A stretch of DNA of 64,000 nt from Prevotella sp. (GCA_024680755.1 JAILBT010000037.1:3768-67767), one strand, 5' to 3'; counted from the first letter of the stretch, positions 46,606 to 57,105 are shown. Notes: a model not told the origin generated them from the letters alone. Program-made: numbers and translations.

Positions 46606-47745
46606 TCAGGGCTGCCAGCTTTCCTGCCATCTGACGACGGGCTTGCCCTCTGCGTCGAAGCTGATGGGCAGCCAGATATAGCGGGCGTCGATGGGGTGGC
46701 GCGGGCGCCAGATGTCTGCCATGAAGATATACTGCCTGCCTGTCTGCAGCACATACGTGCTTTGTCCGCCGAAGGTCTTCTCCGCCCCGGGACCCACGCA
46801 GGGGTTGGGATGCTGCGTCCACGGGCCCCAGATGCTCGGCGCAGAGAACATGCGCGCCTCGTTGGGCTCCCAGCCCGTGCACCCAGAGGTGATCATCCAG
46901 TAGGTTCCGTCGTGCTTGAACAGGGCCGGTGCCTCGTTGTGGCCGGCGGGGGCCACACGCGTGTAGCGGCCGTTGTGGTGGAGGTAGTCGGCTGTCAGCT
47001 GGGCTATGTGCAGCGTCAGGTTGTCTTCCGACGAGTAGATGTGGTATGCCTGTCCGTCGTCGTCGACGTAGAGCTGCATGTCGCGCGACATCTGGCCCGT
47101 GGCGAAGTCGCGCTTGACGAAGAGCCCGTCGGCCACGGCCTGGTGCCAGGCCGGTGTCCACCACTGTTGGAAATGTTCGGCCTGCATAGTGTCTAGCCGG
47201 GCTGTCTGCTCCTTGCCAAACTCTATTGGCCATGTGGCGGCGTTGGCGCGCGACGAGTAGAGATAGCGGTAGGGTCCGGCGGGGCTGTCGCTCACGGCCA
47301 CGCCATAGCGGGCGGCATCGTAGCCCCGGCCCTTCAGCTCCAGATGGAACCACATGCAGAAGCGGCCCGTCGCCTTGTTGTATATCACCTTGGGGCGCTC
47401 CAGCACGCAGCCACGCTCGATGTCGCTGCCCGGCTGGTCGCTCACGCTGAGTGCCACACCGCGGTAGTGCCAGTTGAGCAGGTCGGTCGAGCTGTAGCAT
47501 GTCACGCCCACCAGAGCGCTCGACGTGCGCTCGGCCTTATGCTCGCCAAACCAGTAGTAGGTGCCCTCGTGCTGCAGTATGCCGCCGCCGTGGGCGTTGA
47601 TGTGTCGGCCGTTGTCGTCGGGCCACAGCTCGCCGCTCCTGATGGCGCTGCGTCGGGCCGGTTCGGTTTCGCCTGCCGCAAGGGGCAGGACTGTCGCGCC
47701 GCTCAGCAGGGCAAGCAGCGCAGGTGTGAGTAGTCTTGTTTTCAT
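46606..47745 (-). CDS. Glycoside hydrolase family 43 (GH43_24-like), secreted
   Basis: Signal peptide; HINAHGGGI, YYWFGE, LERPKVIYN, SRDMQLYVDDDG, NEAPALFK, SGCTGW. Confidence 0.88.
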   Translation of the reverse strand: MKTRLLTPALLALLSGATVLPLAAGETEPARRSAIRSGELWPDDNGRHINAHGGGILQHEGTYYWFGEHKAERTSSALVGVTCYSSTDLLNWHYRGVALSVSDQPGSDIERGCVLERPKVIYNKATGRFCMWFHLELKGRGYDAARYGVAVSDSPAGPYRYLYSSRANAATWPIEFGKEQTARLDTMQAEHFQQWWTPAWHQAVADGLFVKRDFATGQMSRDMQLYVDDDGQAYHIYSSEDNLTLHIAQLTADYLHHNGRYTRVAPAGHNEAPALFKHDGTYWMITSGCTGWEPNEARMFSAPSIWGPWTQHPNPCVGPGAEKTFGGQSTYVLQTGRQYIFMADIWRPRHPIDARYIWLPISFDAEGKPVVRWQESWQP

Positions 47746-47805
47746 ATTGGTGCTTGTTTGGATTCTATGTTTCTATATAACTGATGGTTATTTCACTGCT
47801 TTGCA

Positions 47806-47873
47806 GTAGGAGGCGACGTATCTCACGTCGCAGCAGTCAGCTGGTTTGCGACGTGGGACACGTCGCCTCCTGC
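47806..47873. repeat. GTAG-type REP doublet in the GH43 5' leader
   Basis: GTAGGAGGCGACGTATCTCACGTCGC...GCGACGTGGGACACGTCGCCTCCTGC. Confidence 0.8.
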
Positions 47874-48075
47874 TTGTCGGCTGCAAATATAGTCAGAAAT
47901 CTCGAATTGTTGCTATTTCGGGACAAAAATAATTCGTGCTGCAAGGTGAATGTCTGCCAGAGTAGTGGTGTTGTCTATATGGCGTCCGAAACATCTGTTA
48001 GTGACAGACGCGACACGTCGCGTCCCTACTGTTATGAAGCAACTCTGATATTGATACGCAGAATTTTAATTGAGC

Positions 48076-48290
48076 TTTCCCACCCTTTTCTTTTCAACAA
48101 CGAATTAAGACGAATTTCACGAATTGTACGAATTATAACTAATTTCAAGTTTTTGAGTTTCTGAGTTTTTGAGTTTCTGAGTTTCTGAGTTTCTGAGTTT
48201 CTGCTTAATTCGCAGCGCTTATGTTCATTGGTGTAATTCGTGAAATTAGTCTTAATTCGTTGTTCTTAAAAGGTTTTAGAGGGTGGAAAA
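48076..48290. repeat. Imperfect ~50-nt inverted repeats enclosing seven GAGTTTCT-type octamers (MITE-like)
   Basis: AACAACGAATTAAGACGAATTTCACGAATT left versus AATTCGTGAAATTAGTCTTAATTCGTTGTT right; CCACCCT/AGGGTGG outer match. Confidence 0.75.
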
Positions 48291-48397
48291 CTTGAGATTT
48301 TAATTAGAAATTATTCGGTTATACATACATGTTTCTTATATAAATTTTATGTAGAGATGTGGAAGAATGATTATTTTTGTATAACTTTGCAGCGCAC

Positions 48398-48434
48398 CAT
48401 CAGGAGGCGACGTGTCTCACGTCGCCTCCTGATG
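48398..48434. repeat. REP palindrome just after promoter box 48382-48389
   Basis: CATCAGGAGGCGACGTG-TCT-CACGTCGCCTCCTGATG, perfect 17-bp arms. Confidence 0.85.
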
Positions 48435-48507
48435 AAAAGCTGTTTAGTAGGCAACCGCAGTTGAGAAATGATAATATTTAGTTACTAACCTTTTAATACT
48501 TACAGAG

Positions 48508-49080
48508 ATGAAAAGATTCCTATTGTTTGTTCTTGCAGCTATTGCCTGCATGGGTGCCAAGGCACAGGGTGTTAATTTTATGGTACAGTCTGACGGGTCA
48601 TTCTTGACAGCAGACGGAAAAAAGTATGTTGAACTGGACTACCCTCAATATACTCAGGCCGAACTCTATTATGCCTTTCTTGTAACCATTGAGCATAAAT
48701 GTGTTACTTCCGGTGTGCAATTCTCTACCGTGGGCAACAAGTGTATCAATGTCTATTCCTACGAGAAGTATTTCTCCAGTTGGGGAGTATGGAGTGGAGG
48801 ATTTGAAGGATACCTGTACTACAAGTTTATGTTTCAGTTCAAGGATGGTAAGGTGAGGGTTGACGACCCCATCGTTGATCACTTAGGCAATGGTGCCAAG
48901 AACACGCTCTATATGAAGTTTGCTGAGATGCTTCATCAGCGCACCCGACCATTGTTTAATGCCGATGGTTCTGTGGTGGAAAAACGTGCAGACGATGTGG
49001 CCAGTCTGAACCGCGAACTAAATATGGCGCTGGATGATATCATTCAGACGGCAAATTCTATATTGGAGTGGCAACATTAG
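48508..49080 (+). CDS. Exported hypothetical protein (DUF4468-like), low GC
   Basis: Signal peptide ending AKAQ; FQFKDGKVRV motif; AT-rich codon usage; own promoter box. Confidence 0.6.
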   Translation: MKRFLLFVLAAIACMGAKAQGVNFMVQSDGSFLTADGKKYVELDYPQYTQAELYYAFLVTIEHKCVTSGVQFSTVGNKCINVYSYEKYFSSWGVWSGGFEGYLYYKFMFQFKDGKVRVDDPIVDHLGNGAKNTLYMKFAEMLHQRTRPLFNADGSVVEKRADDVASLNRELNMALDDIIQTANSILEWQH

Positions 49081-49311
49081 TTTTGCTTGTTCGTAGCGGA
49101 GCGACATGGCGCGTCCGCACACGGCAGTAGATAAATGCCCCTCGTAGGGACGCGACTTGTCTCGTCCCTACATCGAGGCGGCAAAACCGGCGCGGTTATC
49201 AGAACAGTCAATTATTAGTACGCGCAAACACAGAGATAATTGCCCATTATTTTTGTTATCTCGTGAAAAAATGCTACTTTTGCGCCGCAATGTCAAAACA
49301 CTATCAACGCA

Positions 49312-50457
49312 ATGACATCACCATCAGACCTGCAGACGGTCGCGCCGTCGCTTGACGGGGTGCGCGGTCGGCGTGTGGCCCTGCTGCTCAGCGGCGGGGT
49401 TGACAGCGCCGTGGCGCTGGCCTTGCTGCATCGTGAGGGCATACACCCCGACTGCTTCTACATAAAGATAGGTCCCGAGGACGACGGCAGCCAATGGAGC
49501 TGCTCGGCCGAGGAAGACCTTGAGCTGGCCACGGCCCTGGCCGACAGGTATGGCTGCCGCCTGGAGGTGACAGACTGCCACGAGGAGTATTTCCGGCAAG
49601 TGACGCGCTACACGATGGAGCATGTGTGTCGCGGGCTGACACCCAATCCCGACGTGATGTGCAACAGGCTGATAAAGTTTGGCGCCTTCGATGCGAAGCG
49701 CGGCCACGACTACGATTTCATTGCCACCGGCCATTATGCGCGGACGCTTACCGACACCACCGACGGGCATGGCGGCTGGTGCTGGCTGTGCACCTGCCCC
49801 GACGTGGTGAAGGATCAGACCGACTTTCTCTCGCAGCTCTACCCCTGGCAGCTGCAGAAGGCTCTCTTCCCCATTGGCCACCTGACGAAGGACGCCGTGC
49901 GGCGGCTGGCCGAGCAGGAGCACCTGATCAACGCCCATCGCAAGGACTCGCAGGGCATCTGCTTTCTGGGAAAGATAGACTATACGGAATATGTGCGGCG
50001 TCATCTGGGCGAACGGCCCGGCGACGTGGTGGAGCGCGACACGGGCCGCGTGATAGGCCGTCATCGCGGCCACTGGTTCTACACCATCGGTCAGCGTAAG
50101 GGACTGGGCTTCGGCGGCGGACCCTGGTTCATCGTGAGCAAGGACGTGGAAAGCAACACTCTCTATGTGGCTCACGGCTATGCCCCGGACGAGGTGTACA
50201 GCAGCGTGCTCCGCTTCCACGGTTTCCACTCGCTCATGCCCCCGGGCATGGAGTTGCCCCGCAACATAACGTTCAAGATACGCCACACGGCAGCATGGCA
50301 GCCGGCCACGCTCACGCCCGAGGCAGCCGGCATCTATAGGGTAGAGGCCCGTGAGCCTGTGCACGGCGTGGCCCCAGGGCAGTTCTGCGTCATCTATGAC
50401 GACAGACACGAACGCTGCCTCGGCAGCGGAGAACTGATGGAAAAACTGAAAAACTGA
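49312..50457 (+). CDS. mnmA: tRNA 2-thiouridylase
   Basis: LLSGGVDS, TPNPDVMCNRLIKF, ATGHYA, KDQTDFL, DSQGICF, YTIGQRKG, APGQ. Confidence 0.96.
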   Translation: MTSPSDLQTVAPSLDGVRGRRVALLLSGGVDSAVALALLHREGIHPDCFYIKIGPEDDGSQWSCSAEEDLELATALADRYGCRLEVTDCHEEYFRQVTRYTMEHVCRGLTPNPDVMCNRLIKFGAFDAKRGHDYDFIATGHYARTLTDTTDGHGGWCWLCTCPDVVKDQTDFLSQLYPWQLQKALFPIGHLTKDAVRRLAEQEHLINAHRKDSQGICFLGKIDYTEYVRRHLGERPGDVVERDTGRVIGRHRGHWFYTIGQRKGLGFGGGPWFIVSKDVESNTLYVAHGYAPDEVYSSVLRFHGFHSLMPPGMELPRNITFKIRHTAAWQPATLTPEAAGIYRVEAREPVHGVAPGQFCVIYDDRHERCLGSGELMEKLKN

Positions 50458-50541
50458 ACAGACGCAGAGGAACGGAGAAATTGAAAAGTAAAGAGATGAT
50501 ATACGTAGGAACAGTAAATCGTGAAATGGTAAGATAAAGAT

Positions 50542-52797
50542 ATGTCTGAGCTTTCCCCCCTGATAAAAGACCTGGCGCTTATACTGATGGTGGCCGGTGT
50601 GGTCACACTGGTGTTCCGGCGGCTGAAGCAGCCTCTCGTGCTGGGGTATATCATGGCCGGCTTCCTGGTCAGTCCCCACATGCCATACACCGCGTCGGTG
50701 GTAGATCTGGACGACATCCACACCTGGGCCGACATAGGCGTGATGTTCCTGCTCTTCTCGCTGGGTCTCGACTTCTCGTTCAAGAAGATAATGAAGATGG
50801 GTGCTTCGCCCGTCATCACTACATGCAGCATCGTCTTTGCCATGATGACGCTGGGCATCTGCGTGGGCCATGCCTTTGGCTGGAAGAGCATGGACAGCCT
50901 CTTCCTTGGCGGTATGCTGGCCATGAGCAGCACCACCATCATATATAAGGCGTTCGACGACCTGGGCCTGCGCCAGCAGCAGTTTGCTCAGATGGTGATG
51001 AGCGTCCTCATTCTCGAAGACATCCTGGCCATTGTGATGATGGTTATGCTGTCGGCCATTGCCCAGGGCAGTGCCGACGGTGGCCAGATGCTTGGCGCGG
51101 TGGTGAAGATAGTGTTCTTTCTCGTGCTGTGGTTCGTGGTTGGCATCTTTGCCATCCCGCTGCTGCTGAAGGGTGTGCGCCGGCTGATGAACCAGGAGGT
51201 GCTCCTGATTGTGGCCCTGGGCCTGTGTTGCGCCATGGCCGTGTTCTCATCAGAGGTTGGCTTCAGCTCGGCTTTCGGCGCATTCGTCATGGGCAGTATC
51301 CTGGCCGAGACCCTCGAGGCCGAGAAGATAGAGCGTCTCGTGGAGCCGGTGAAGAACCTGTTCGGTGCCATCTTCTTCGTGTCGGTGGGTATGCTGGTCG
51401 ATCCGCAGATACTGGCCGACTATGCCGTGCCCATCGTTCTGCTGGTGCTGACCATCCTGGCGGGACAGGCCACGCTGGGCTCTGCCAGCTTCATGCTGGG
51501 CGGCGAGGGTCTGAAATCGGCCGTCCGCTGCGGCTTCTCTATGGCGCAGATAGGCGAGTTCTCGTTCATCATAGCCTCGCTGGGACTCTCGCTTGGCGTG
51601 GTCAGCGACTTCCTCTACCCTGTGGTGGTGGCCGTGTCGGTCACAACCACCTTCCTCACCCCCTACATGATACGCGCTGCCGTGCCGGCCTACGGTCTGC
51701 TGGAGCGCCGGCTGCCATCGCGCCTTGTCGGGCAGCTGAACCGCATGGCCACATCGCGCCACGATGCCAGCAACAGTGGCCTGTGGCACCGGCTGCTCGT
51801 GCCTATGGCTATGAACACTCTGATATACAGCACGCTGTCGTCGGCCACGGTGTTCCTGATGTTTGTCTTCGTGCTGCCCTTGGTCAGCAGCCTGCCCATG
51901 ATGGAGGGACGCTGGTGGGCCAACGCCATCGTCGGCGTGGCCACCGTGGTGCTGATAGCACCATTCCTGCGGGCCATGATGATAAAGAAGAACAAGAGCC
52001 CTGAGTGGCGTCAGCTCTGGGCCGAGAGTCCGCGCAACCATCTGCCGCTGCTCTTCACGGTGATGGTCCGAATGGTGATAGCCCTGAGCTATGTGTTCTA
52101 TGTCATTGACCGCCTGTTCCATTTCTCGCTGGCCGTAATGCTTACGGCAGGCATCGTGCTGATAGTGCTGATGATACGCTCGCGCTACGTCAAGAGCAAC
52201 AGCATACTGCTGGAGCGCATGTTTAAGCAGAACCTCAACGCCCACGAGATAGAAGAGCAGTTGCACGGCGCGCGTCGTCCGCTGTTCGAGCGTCGTCTGC
52301 TGGACCGCAACGTTCATATAGCCGACTTCGACGTGCCCGACGCATCGCTGTGGGCTGGCCAGACGCTCAAGCAGCTGCGCCTGGGCCAGCGCTACGGTGT
52401 CCATGTGTGCAGCATATTGCGTGGTGGCCGCCGTCTGAACATTCCCGACGGCGACACGCGTGTATATCCCGGCGACCGCCTGCAGATGATAGGCAACGAC
52501 GAGCAGCTGGCCCGCCTGCACGCTGCCCTTGGCCGCGAGGTGGCCCCCGAGGACCCGGCTGCCGCTGCCGACCGGCTGATGCAGCTCATGTCGGTGTCGC
52601 TGCCCGAGGGACATCCCTTCGTGGGCCACACCATGCAAGAGGCCGGCATACGCGACAGCTATGGCTGCATGGTGGTGGGCATGGAGGAGGGCAAGGAGCA
52701 ACTGTCACAGGTGTCGCCACAGTATCGTTTCCGCGCGGGCGACGTGGTGTGGCTGGTGGGCGAGCAGCCGAACCTGGACCGCCTGAAGCAGCATTGA
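50542..52797 (+). CDS. CPA2 cation:proton antiporter with two C-terminal TrkA-C/RCK-C domains
   Basis: Many TM helices, LAMSSTTII, LILEDI, FFVSVGM, MAQIGEFSFII; GQTLKQLRL...GDRL. Confidence 0.9.
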   Translation: MSELSPLIKDLALILMVAGVVTLVFRRLKQPLVLGYIMAGFLVSPHMPYTASVVDLDDIHTWADIGVMFLLFSLGLDFSFKKIMKMGASPVITTCSIVFAMMTLGICVGHAFGWKSMDSLFLGGMLAMSSTTIIYKAFDDLGLRQQQFAQMVMSVLILEDILAIVMMVMLSAIAQGSADGGQMLGAVVKIVFFLVLWFVVGIFAIPLLLKGVRRLMNQEVLLIVALGLCCAMAVFSSEVGFSSAFGAFVMGSILAETLEAEKIERLVEPVKNLFGAIFFVSVGMLVDPQILADYAVPIVLLVLTILAGQATLGSASFMLGGEGLKSAVRCGFSMAQIGEFSFIIASLGLSLGVVSDFLYPVVVAVSVTTTFLTPYMIRAAVPAYGLLERRLPSRLVGQLNRMATSRHDASNSGLWHRLLVPMAMNTLIYSTLSSATVFLMFVFVLPLVSSLPMMEGRWWANAIVGVATVVLIAPFLRAMMIKKNKSPEWRQLWAESPRNHLPLLFTVMVRMVIALSYVFYVIDRLFHFSLAVMLTAGIVLIVLMIRSRYVKSNSILLERMFKQNLNAHEIEEQLHGARRPLFERRLLDRNVHIADFDVPDASLWAGQTLKQLRLGQRYGVHVCSILRGGRRLNIPDGDTRVYPGDRLQMIGNDEQLARLHAALGREVAPEDPAAAADRLMQLMSVSLPEGHPFVGHTMQEAGIRDSYGCMVVGMEEGKEQLSQVSPQYRFRAGDVVWLVGEQPNLDRLKQH

Positions 52798-52858
52798 GAC
52801 CGCGTGACACAGAGACTAATAACGACAACCGACATAAAAATCAACAACACAGAGACAC

Positions 52859-53716
52859 ATGGAACAGTTACGAATAGCCGTGCAGTCGAAAGGCCGGCTG
52901 TATGAAGACACGATGCACCTGCTGGCCGAGGCCGACATCAAGGTGGGTGCCTCAAAGCGCACGCTGCTTGTCGCGGCCAGCGGCTTCCCCTTAGAGGTGC
53001 TCTACCTGCGCGACGACGATATCCCGCAGAGCGTGGCCACCGGCGTGGCCGACATCGGTGTGGTGGGCGAGAACGAGTTCTGCGAGCGGGGCGAGGATGC
53101 CGAGGTGGTCGAGCGTCTGGGCTTCAGCCGCTGCCGGCTGTCGCTGGCCCTGCCCAAGGAGACCGACTATCAGGGGCCGCAGTGGTTCGAGGGCCGCAAG
53201 ATAGCCACCAGCTATCCCAACATTCTGCGCCGCTATCTGGACGAGCGCGGCATCAAGGCCGAGATACACGTCATCACGGGCAGCGTGGAGATAAGTCCGG
53301 GCATAGGGTTGGCCGACGCCATCTTCGACATCGTGTCGTCGGGCTCGACCCTGGTCAGCAACAATCTGCGCGAGGTGGAGACGGTCATGCAGAGCGAGGC
53401 CCTGCTGATAGGCCACAAGGGCATGAGCGTTGCCAAGCGCGAGCTGCTGGCGCAGCTGCTCTTCCGCTTTGAGGCTGTGCGCCAGGCCGAGGATAAGAAA
53501 TATGTGCGTATGAACGTGCCGCGCAGCAGGCTGGAGCAGATTGTCAGCGTGTTACCGGGTCTGAAGAGTCCCACCGTCATACCGCTGGCCGACGACGACT
53601 GGTGCTCTGTCCACACCGTGCTTGAGGGCCACCGCTTCTGGGAAATCATCGGCCAGCTCAAGCAGCTGGGTGCCCAGGGCATATTGGTCACACCTATCGA
53701 GAAGATGATACTCTGA
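52859..53716 (+). CDS. hisG: ATP phosphoribosyltransferase (long form)
   Basis: IAVQSKGRL, LRDDDIP, IATSYP, GSVEI...ADAIFDIVSSGSTL, PGLKSPTV. Confidence 0.97.
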   Translation: MEQLRIAVQSKGRLYEDTMHLLAEADIKVGASKRTLLVAASGFPLEVLYLRDDDIPQSVATGVADIGVVGENEFCERGEDAEVVERLGFSRCRLSLALPKETDYQGPQWFEGRKIATSYPNILRRYLDERGIKAEIHVITGSVEISPGIGLADAIFDIVSSGSTLVSNNLREVETVMQSEALLIGHKGMSVAKRELLAQLLFRFEAVRQAEDKKYVRMNVPRSRLEQIVSVLPGLKSPTVIPLADDDWCSVHTVLEGHRFWEIIGQLKQLGAQGILVTPIEKMIL

Positions 53717-55070
53717 GCGGCTCTGCCGTGGTCTGTGCGGCCGGCGGCAGCACCTCTGACACGACCTGCCCGTCGGCCAGCAGCGTCAGCAGCACGTCGC
53801 CGGCCCTGAGCTGGGCGGCCGAGCGCAAGGCTCGGCCGCCCAGCGTCGTTATGCTGTAGCCGCGCCGCAGCATCAGCCTGGGGTCGAGTGCCGCCACGCG
53901 CTGTTGCATCAGTTCGAGGCGGTGCTGTTGGGCCGTCAGGCTGCCTGCGACGAGCAGCGGCAGCCGCACCGACAGCTTGTCTGTGCGGCCGCGCTCGGTC
54001 TGCACTCGCGCAGCCGCGGCCGCGGCCAGACGCTGTCCCAGCAGCTCCAGCATGTTGTGGTGGCGCGTGGTGGCAAGGGCGCACAGGGCGGGCAGACGCT
54101 CGGCCGCACGCTGCAGGCGCAGCCGCTCGGTGTCCATGCGCCGCTGCACTGACAGCGTGACGCGGTGTTGACAGTCGTCGAGGCGGAGGGCCACCTGGTG
54201 CAGATGGTCGATAAGGTGGGCGGCAGCGGCCGTGGGTGTCTTGACCCGCAGGTGTGACACCATGTCCAGCACACACTCGTCGCGGTCGTGGCCTATGCCC
54301 GTTATGACAGGCAGGGGGAAGTTGGCCACATTCTCGGCCAGGGCCAGGGTGTCGAAGCCCGACATGTCGCTCGTGGCTCCGCCGCCGCGTATGATGACCA
54401 CGCAGTCGAAGGGACACGGCTGTCCCGCCGCCGCCGCCCGTTCCATGATGTCGTAGATGGCGTTCAGGGCGGCTATGATGCTCTGTTCCACCTGTTCGCC
54501 CTGCATGACGGCCGGAAACAGCTGCGGAGCAAAGAAATAGCCATGCTCGTTGTTCAGCAGCTGCTGGCAGAAGTCGCCGTAGCCGGCCGCTCCCGCGCTG
54601 GAGATGACGGCCACATGCTGGCAGAACAGCGGCAGCACCAGCTCGCGCTGCAGGTCGAAGATACCCTCGCGGCGCAGCTGATCTACTATCTCCTGGCGGC
54701 GCCGCGCCATGTCGCCCAGCGTGAATGTGGGGTCCACGTCGGCCACTATCCAGGCGAAGCCGTATGCCTCGTGAAACTGCGCTCGCACCAGCAGCCTCAC
54801 CTTCAGTCCGGCACGCATGGGCTGCCCTGCCTCGCGCAGAAACTTGGCCCCCACCACCGCCCATGTGCCGGCCCAGCAGCGCGCTTGGGCCCGGGCCACG
54901 GGCGTGTTCATTCCCTCGACCCGTTGCACCAGGTCCATATAGCAGTGGCCGCGACTCTCGCGCAGCTCGCTCAGCTCGGCCTCAACCCAGTAGGCATCGT
55001 AAAGCGTCAGCTCCAGTGTCTGGCGCACCAGATGGTTCAGCTCGTAGAGGGTCAGTGTTTGTTGTGTCAT
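53694..55070 (-). CDS. xseA: Exodeoxyribonuclease VII large subunit
   Basis: WVEAELS...GHCY, IIRGGG, PVITGIGHDRD, TPTAAA, LRRGYSI. Start trimmed to ATG 55070 because the upstream extension is REP-derived. Confidence 0.95.
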   Translation of the reverse strand: MTQQTLTLYELNHLVRQTLELTLYDAYWVEAELSELRESRGHCYMDLVQRVEGMNTPVARAQARCWAGTWAVVGAKFLREAGQPMRAGLKVRLLVRAQFHEAYGFAWIVADVDPTFTLGDMARRRQEIVDQLRREGIFDLQRELVLPLFCQHVAVISSAGAAGYGDFCQQLLNNEHGYFFAPQLFPAVMQGEQVEQSIIAALNAIYDIMERAAAAGQPCPFDCVVIIRGGGATSDMSGFDTLALAENVANFPLPVITGIGHDRDECVLDMVSHLRVKTPTAAAAHLIDHLHQVALRLDDCQHRVTLSVQRRMDTERLRLQRAAERLPALCALATTRHHNMLELLGQRLAAAAAARVQTERGRTDKLSVRLPLLVAGSLTAQQHRLELMQQRVAALDPRLMLRRGYSITTLGGRALRSAAQLRAGDVLLTLLADGQVVSEVLPPAAQTTAEPLRVSSSR

Positions 55071-55106
55071 GGGCTGTTGTGTCGTTCCGTGGGATGTGTC
55101 TTTGTT

Positions 55107-55209
55107 GTAGGAGGCGACGTGTCCCACGTCGCAATCCAGCAGACTGTTTCGACGTGAGACACGTCGCAATCCAGCAGACTGTTTCGACGTGAGACACGTC
55201 GCCTCCTAC
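55107..55209. repeat. GTAG-type REP triplet with a duplicated internal unit in the xseA leader
   Basis: GTAGGAGGCGACGTGTCCCACGTCGC, then AATCCAGCAGACTGTTTCGACGTGAGACACGTCGC twice, then CTCCTAC. Confidence 0.85.
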
Positions 55210-55394
55210 TTGCGCGCTGCAAAGTTACGCTTTTTTCGTCGAAACAGGCGTGGTGAGGCTTTCTTTTTGCTGTGAGATAAAAATAATGCACAAAAAATTT
55301 GCTGGTGTGCAGATAAAACTGTACTTTTGCACAAAATTTTCCAAAACGTGCAATTATATTAGTATAACAGCTGTTATTTCAACATTATAAGTAA

Positions 55395-57056
55395 ATGGAA
55401 CAAATACCGAGTTTCTGCGGGCTCATCGAGAAGAGCATCATAGACAACTGGAATCAGGACGCGCTGACCGACTATAAGGGTGCCACCCTGCAGTATCACG
55501 ACGTGGCGCGCAAGATAGAGAAGCTACATATTCTGTTTGAGAACAGCGGCGTGCAGCAGGGCGACAAGATAGCCCTCTGCGGCCGCAACAGCAGCCAGTG
55601 GGCCGTGGCTTTCCTTGCCGCGCTGACCTACGGTGCCGTGGCTGTGCCGCTGCTGCATGAGTTCACGGCCGACCAGATACACCACACCGTGAACCACAGC
55701 GAGGCCAAGCTGCTCTTCGTGGGCGACCATGTGGCCACCATCATCCACCCCGACGAGATGCCGGGCCTGGAGGGTATCATCAGCAATGTGGACTATCAGC
55801 TCATCGTCTCGCGCACCGACAAGCTGACATACGCCCGCGAGCATCTGAACGAGCTCTACGGCAGGAAATATCCAAAGAATTTCCGTAAGGAGCATGTCCA
55901 CTACCGTCGCGAGCAGAGCCCGGACGAGCTGGCGCTGATCAACTACACCAGCGGCACCACGGGCTTCTCAAAGGGCGTGATGGTGCCCTATCGCGCGCTG
56001 TGGAGCAACTTCGACTTTGCCGTCAGCGTCCTGGGCAAGCAGCTCAAGAAGGGCGACAACGTCATATCCATACTACCCATGGCCCACATGTATGGCATGG
56101 CCTTCGAGTTCATCTTCGAGTTCCTCTACGGCCTGCATGTGTTCTACCTCAACCGTGTGCCCTCGCCCGCCATCATCGCCCAGGCCTTTGCCGACGTGAA
56201 GCCGTCGATCATCATCGCCGTGCCACTGGTCATAGAGAAGATAATCCGCAAGAAGGTGTTCCCCAAGATACAGAACAACCGTATGCGGCTGCTGCTGTCC
56301 ATGCCCGTGCTGAACAAGCGCGTCAAGCAGCTCATCTGCCAGGAGGTGATAAAGGCTTTCGGCGAGAAGATGTATGAGGTCATCATCGGCGGTGCCGCCC
56401 TGAACCAGGAGGTGGAGCAGTTCCTCAAGTCGATTGACTTCCCCTACACCGTGGGCTATGGTGCCACCGAGTGTGCCCCCATCATCTGTTATGCCGACTG
56501 GCACAGCTTCGCCCCGGGCTCTTGCGGACGCGCCGCCCTGCACATGGAGGTGAAGATCGACAGCCCTGATCCGGTCAACCAGCCCGGCGAGATACTGGCG
56601 CGCGGGCTGAACGTCATGCTGGGCTACTACAAGAACGAGCAGGCCACACGGGAGACACTCGACAAAGACGGATGGTATCACACCGGCGACCTGGGAACGA
56701 TGGACAGCCTTGGCAACGTCTATATCAACGGACGCTCGAAGAACATGCTGCTCGGCCCCAGCGGACAGAACATCTATCCCGAGGAGATAGAAGACAAGCT
56801 CAACTCCATGCCGCTCGTGATGGAAAGCGTGGTGGTGCAGCGCGACACCAAGCTCGTGGCACTGGTCCACCCCGACATGGACGAGGTCAGGCAGATGGGC
56901 TTCACACAAGACGACCTGCAGAACGTGATGGACCAGAACCTGAAGGGGCTGAACCAGACCATACCCGTCTATGAGAAGATAACGGCCATCGAGATACGCG
57001 AAGACGAGTTTGAGAAAACACCAAAGAAGAGCATAAAGCGCTACCTGTACAAATAG
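55395..57056 (+). CDS. Long-chain fatty acid--CoA ligase (AMP-binding family)
   Basis: YTSGTTGFSKG, GYGATE, GWYHTGDLG, GQNIYPEEIE. Confidence 0.92.
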   Translation: MEQIPSFCGLIEKSIIDNWNQDALTDYKGATLQYHDVARKIEKLHILFENSGVQQGDKIALCGRNSSQWAVAFLAALTYGAVAVPLLHEFTADQIHHTVNHSEAKLLFVGDHVATIIHPDEMPGLEGIISNVDYQLIVSRTDKLTYAREHLNELYGRKYPKNFRKEHVHYRREQSPDELALINYTSGTTGFSKGVMVPYRALWSNFDFAVSVLGKQLKKGDNVISILPMAHMYGMAFEFIFEFLYGLHVFYLNRVPSPAIIAQAFADVKPSIIIAVPLVIEKIIRKKVFPKIQNNRMRLLLSMPVLNKRVKQLICQEVIKAFGEKMYEVIIGGAALNQEVEQFLKSIDFPYTVGYGATECAPIICYADWHSFAPGSCGRAALHMEVKIDSPDPVNQPGEILARGLNVMLGYYKNEQATRETLDKDGWYHTGDLGTMDSLGNVYINGRSKNMLLGPSGQNIYPEEIEDKLNSMPLVMESVVVQRDTKLVALVHPDMDEVRQMGFTQDDLQNVMDQNLKGLNQTIPVYEKITAIEIREDEFEKTPKKSIKRYLYK

Positions 57057-57073
57057 CTGCTACACACTGCCTT

Positions 57074-57105
57074 GTGGGGACGCGACACGTCGCGTCCCTT
57101 TTCTT
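57074..57105 (+). terminator. REP palindrome with T-tail after the CoA ligase gene
   Basis: GGGACGCGAC-AC-GTCGCGTCCC-TTTTCTT. Confidence 0.65.
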
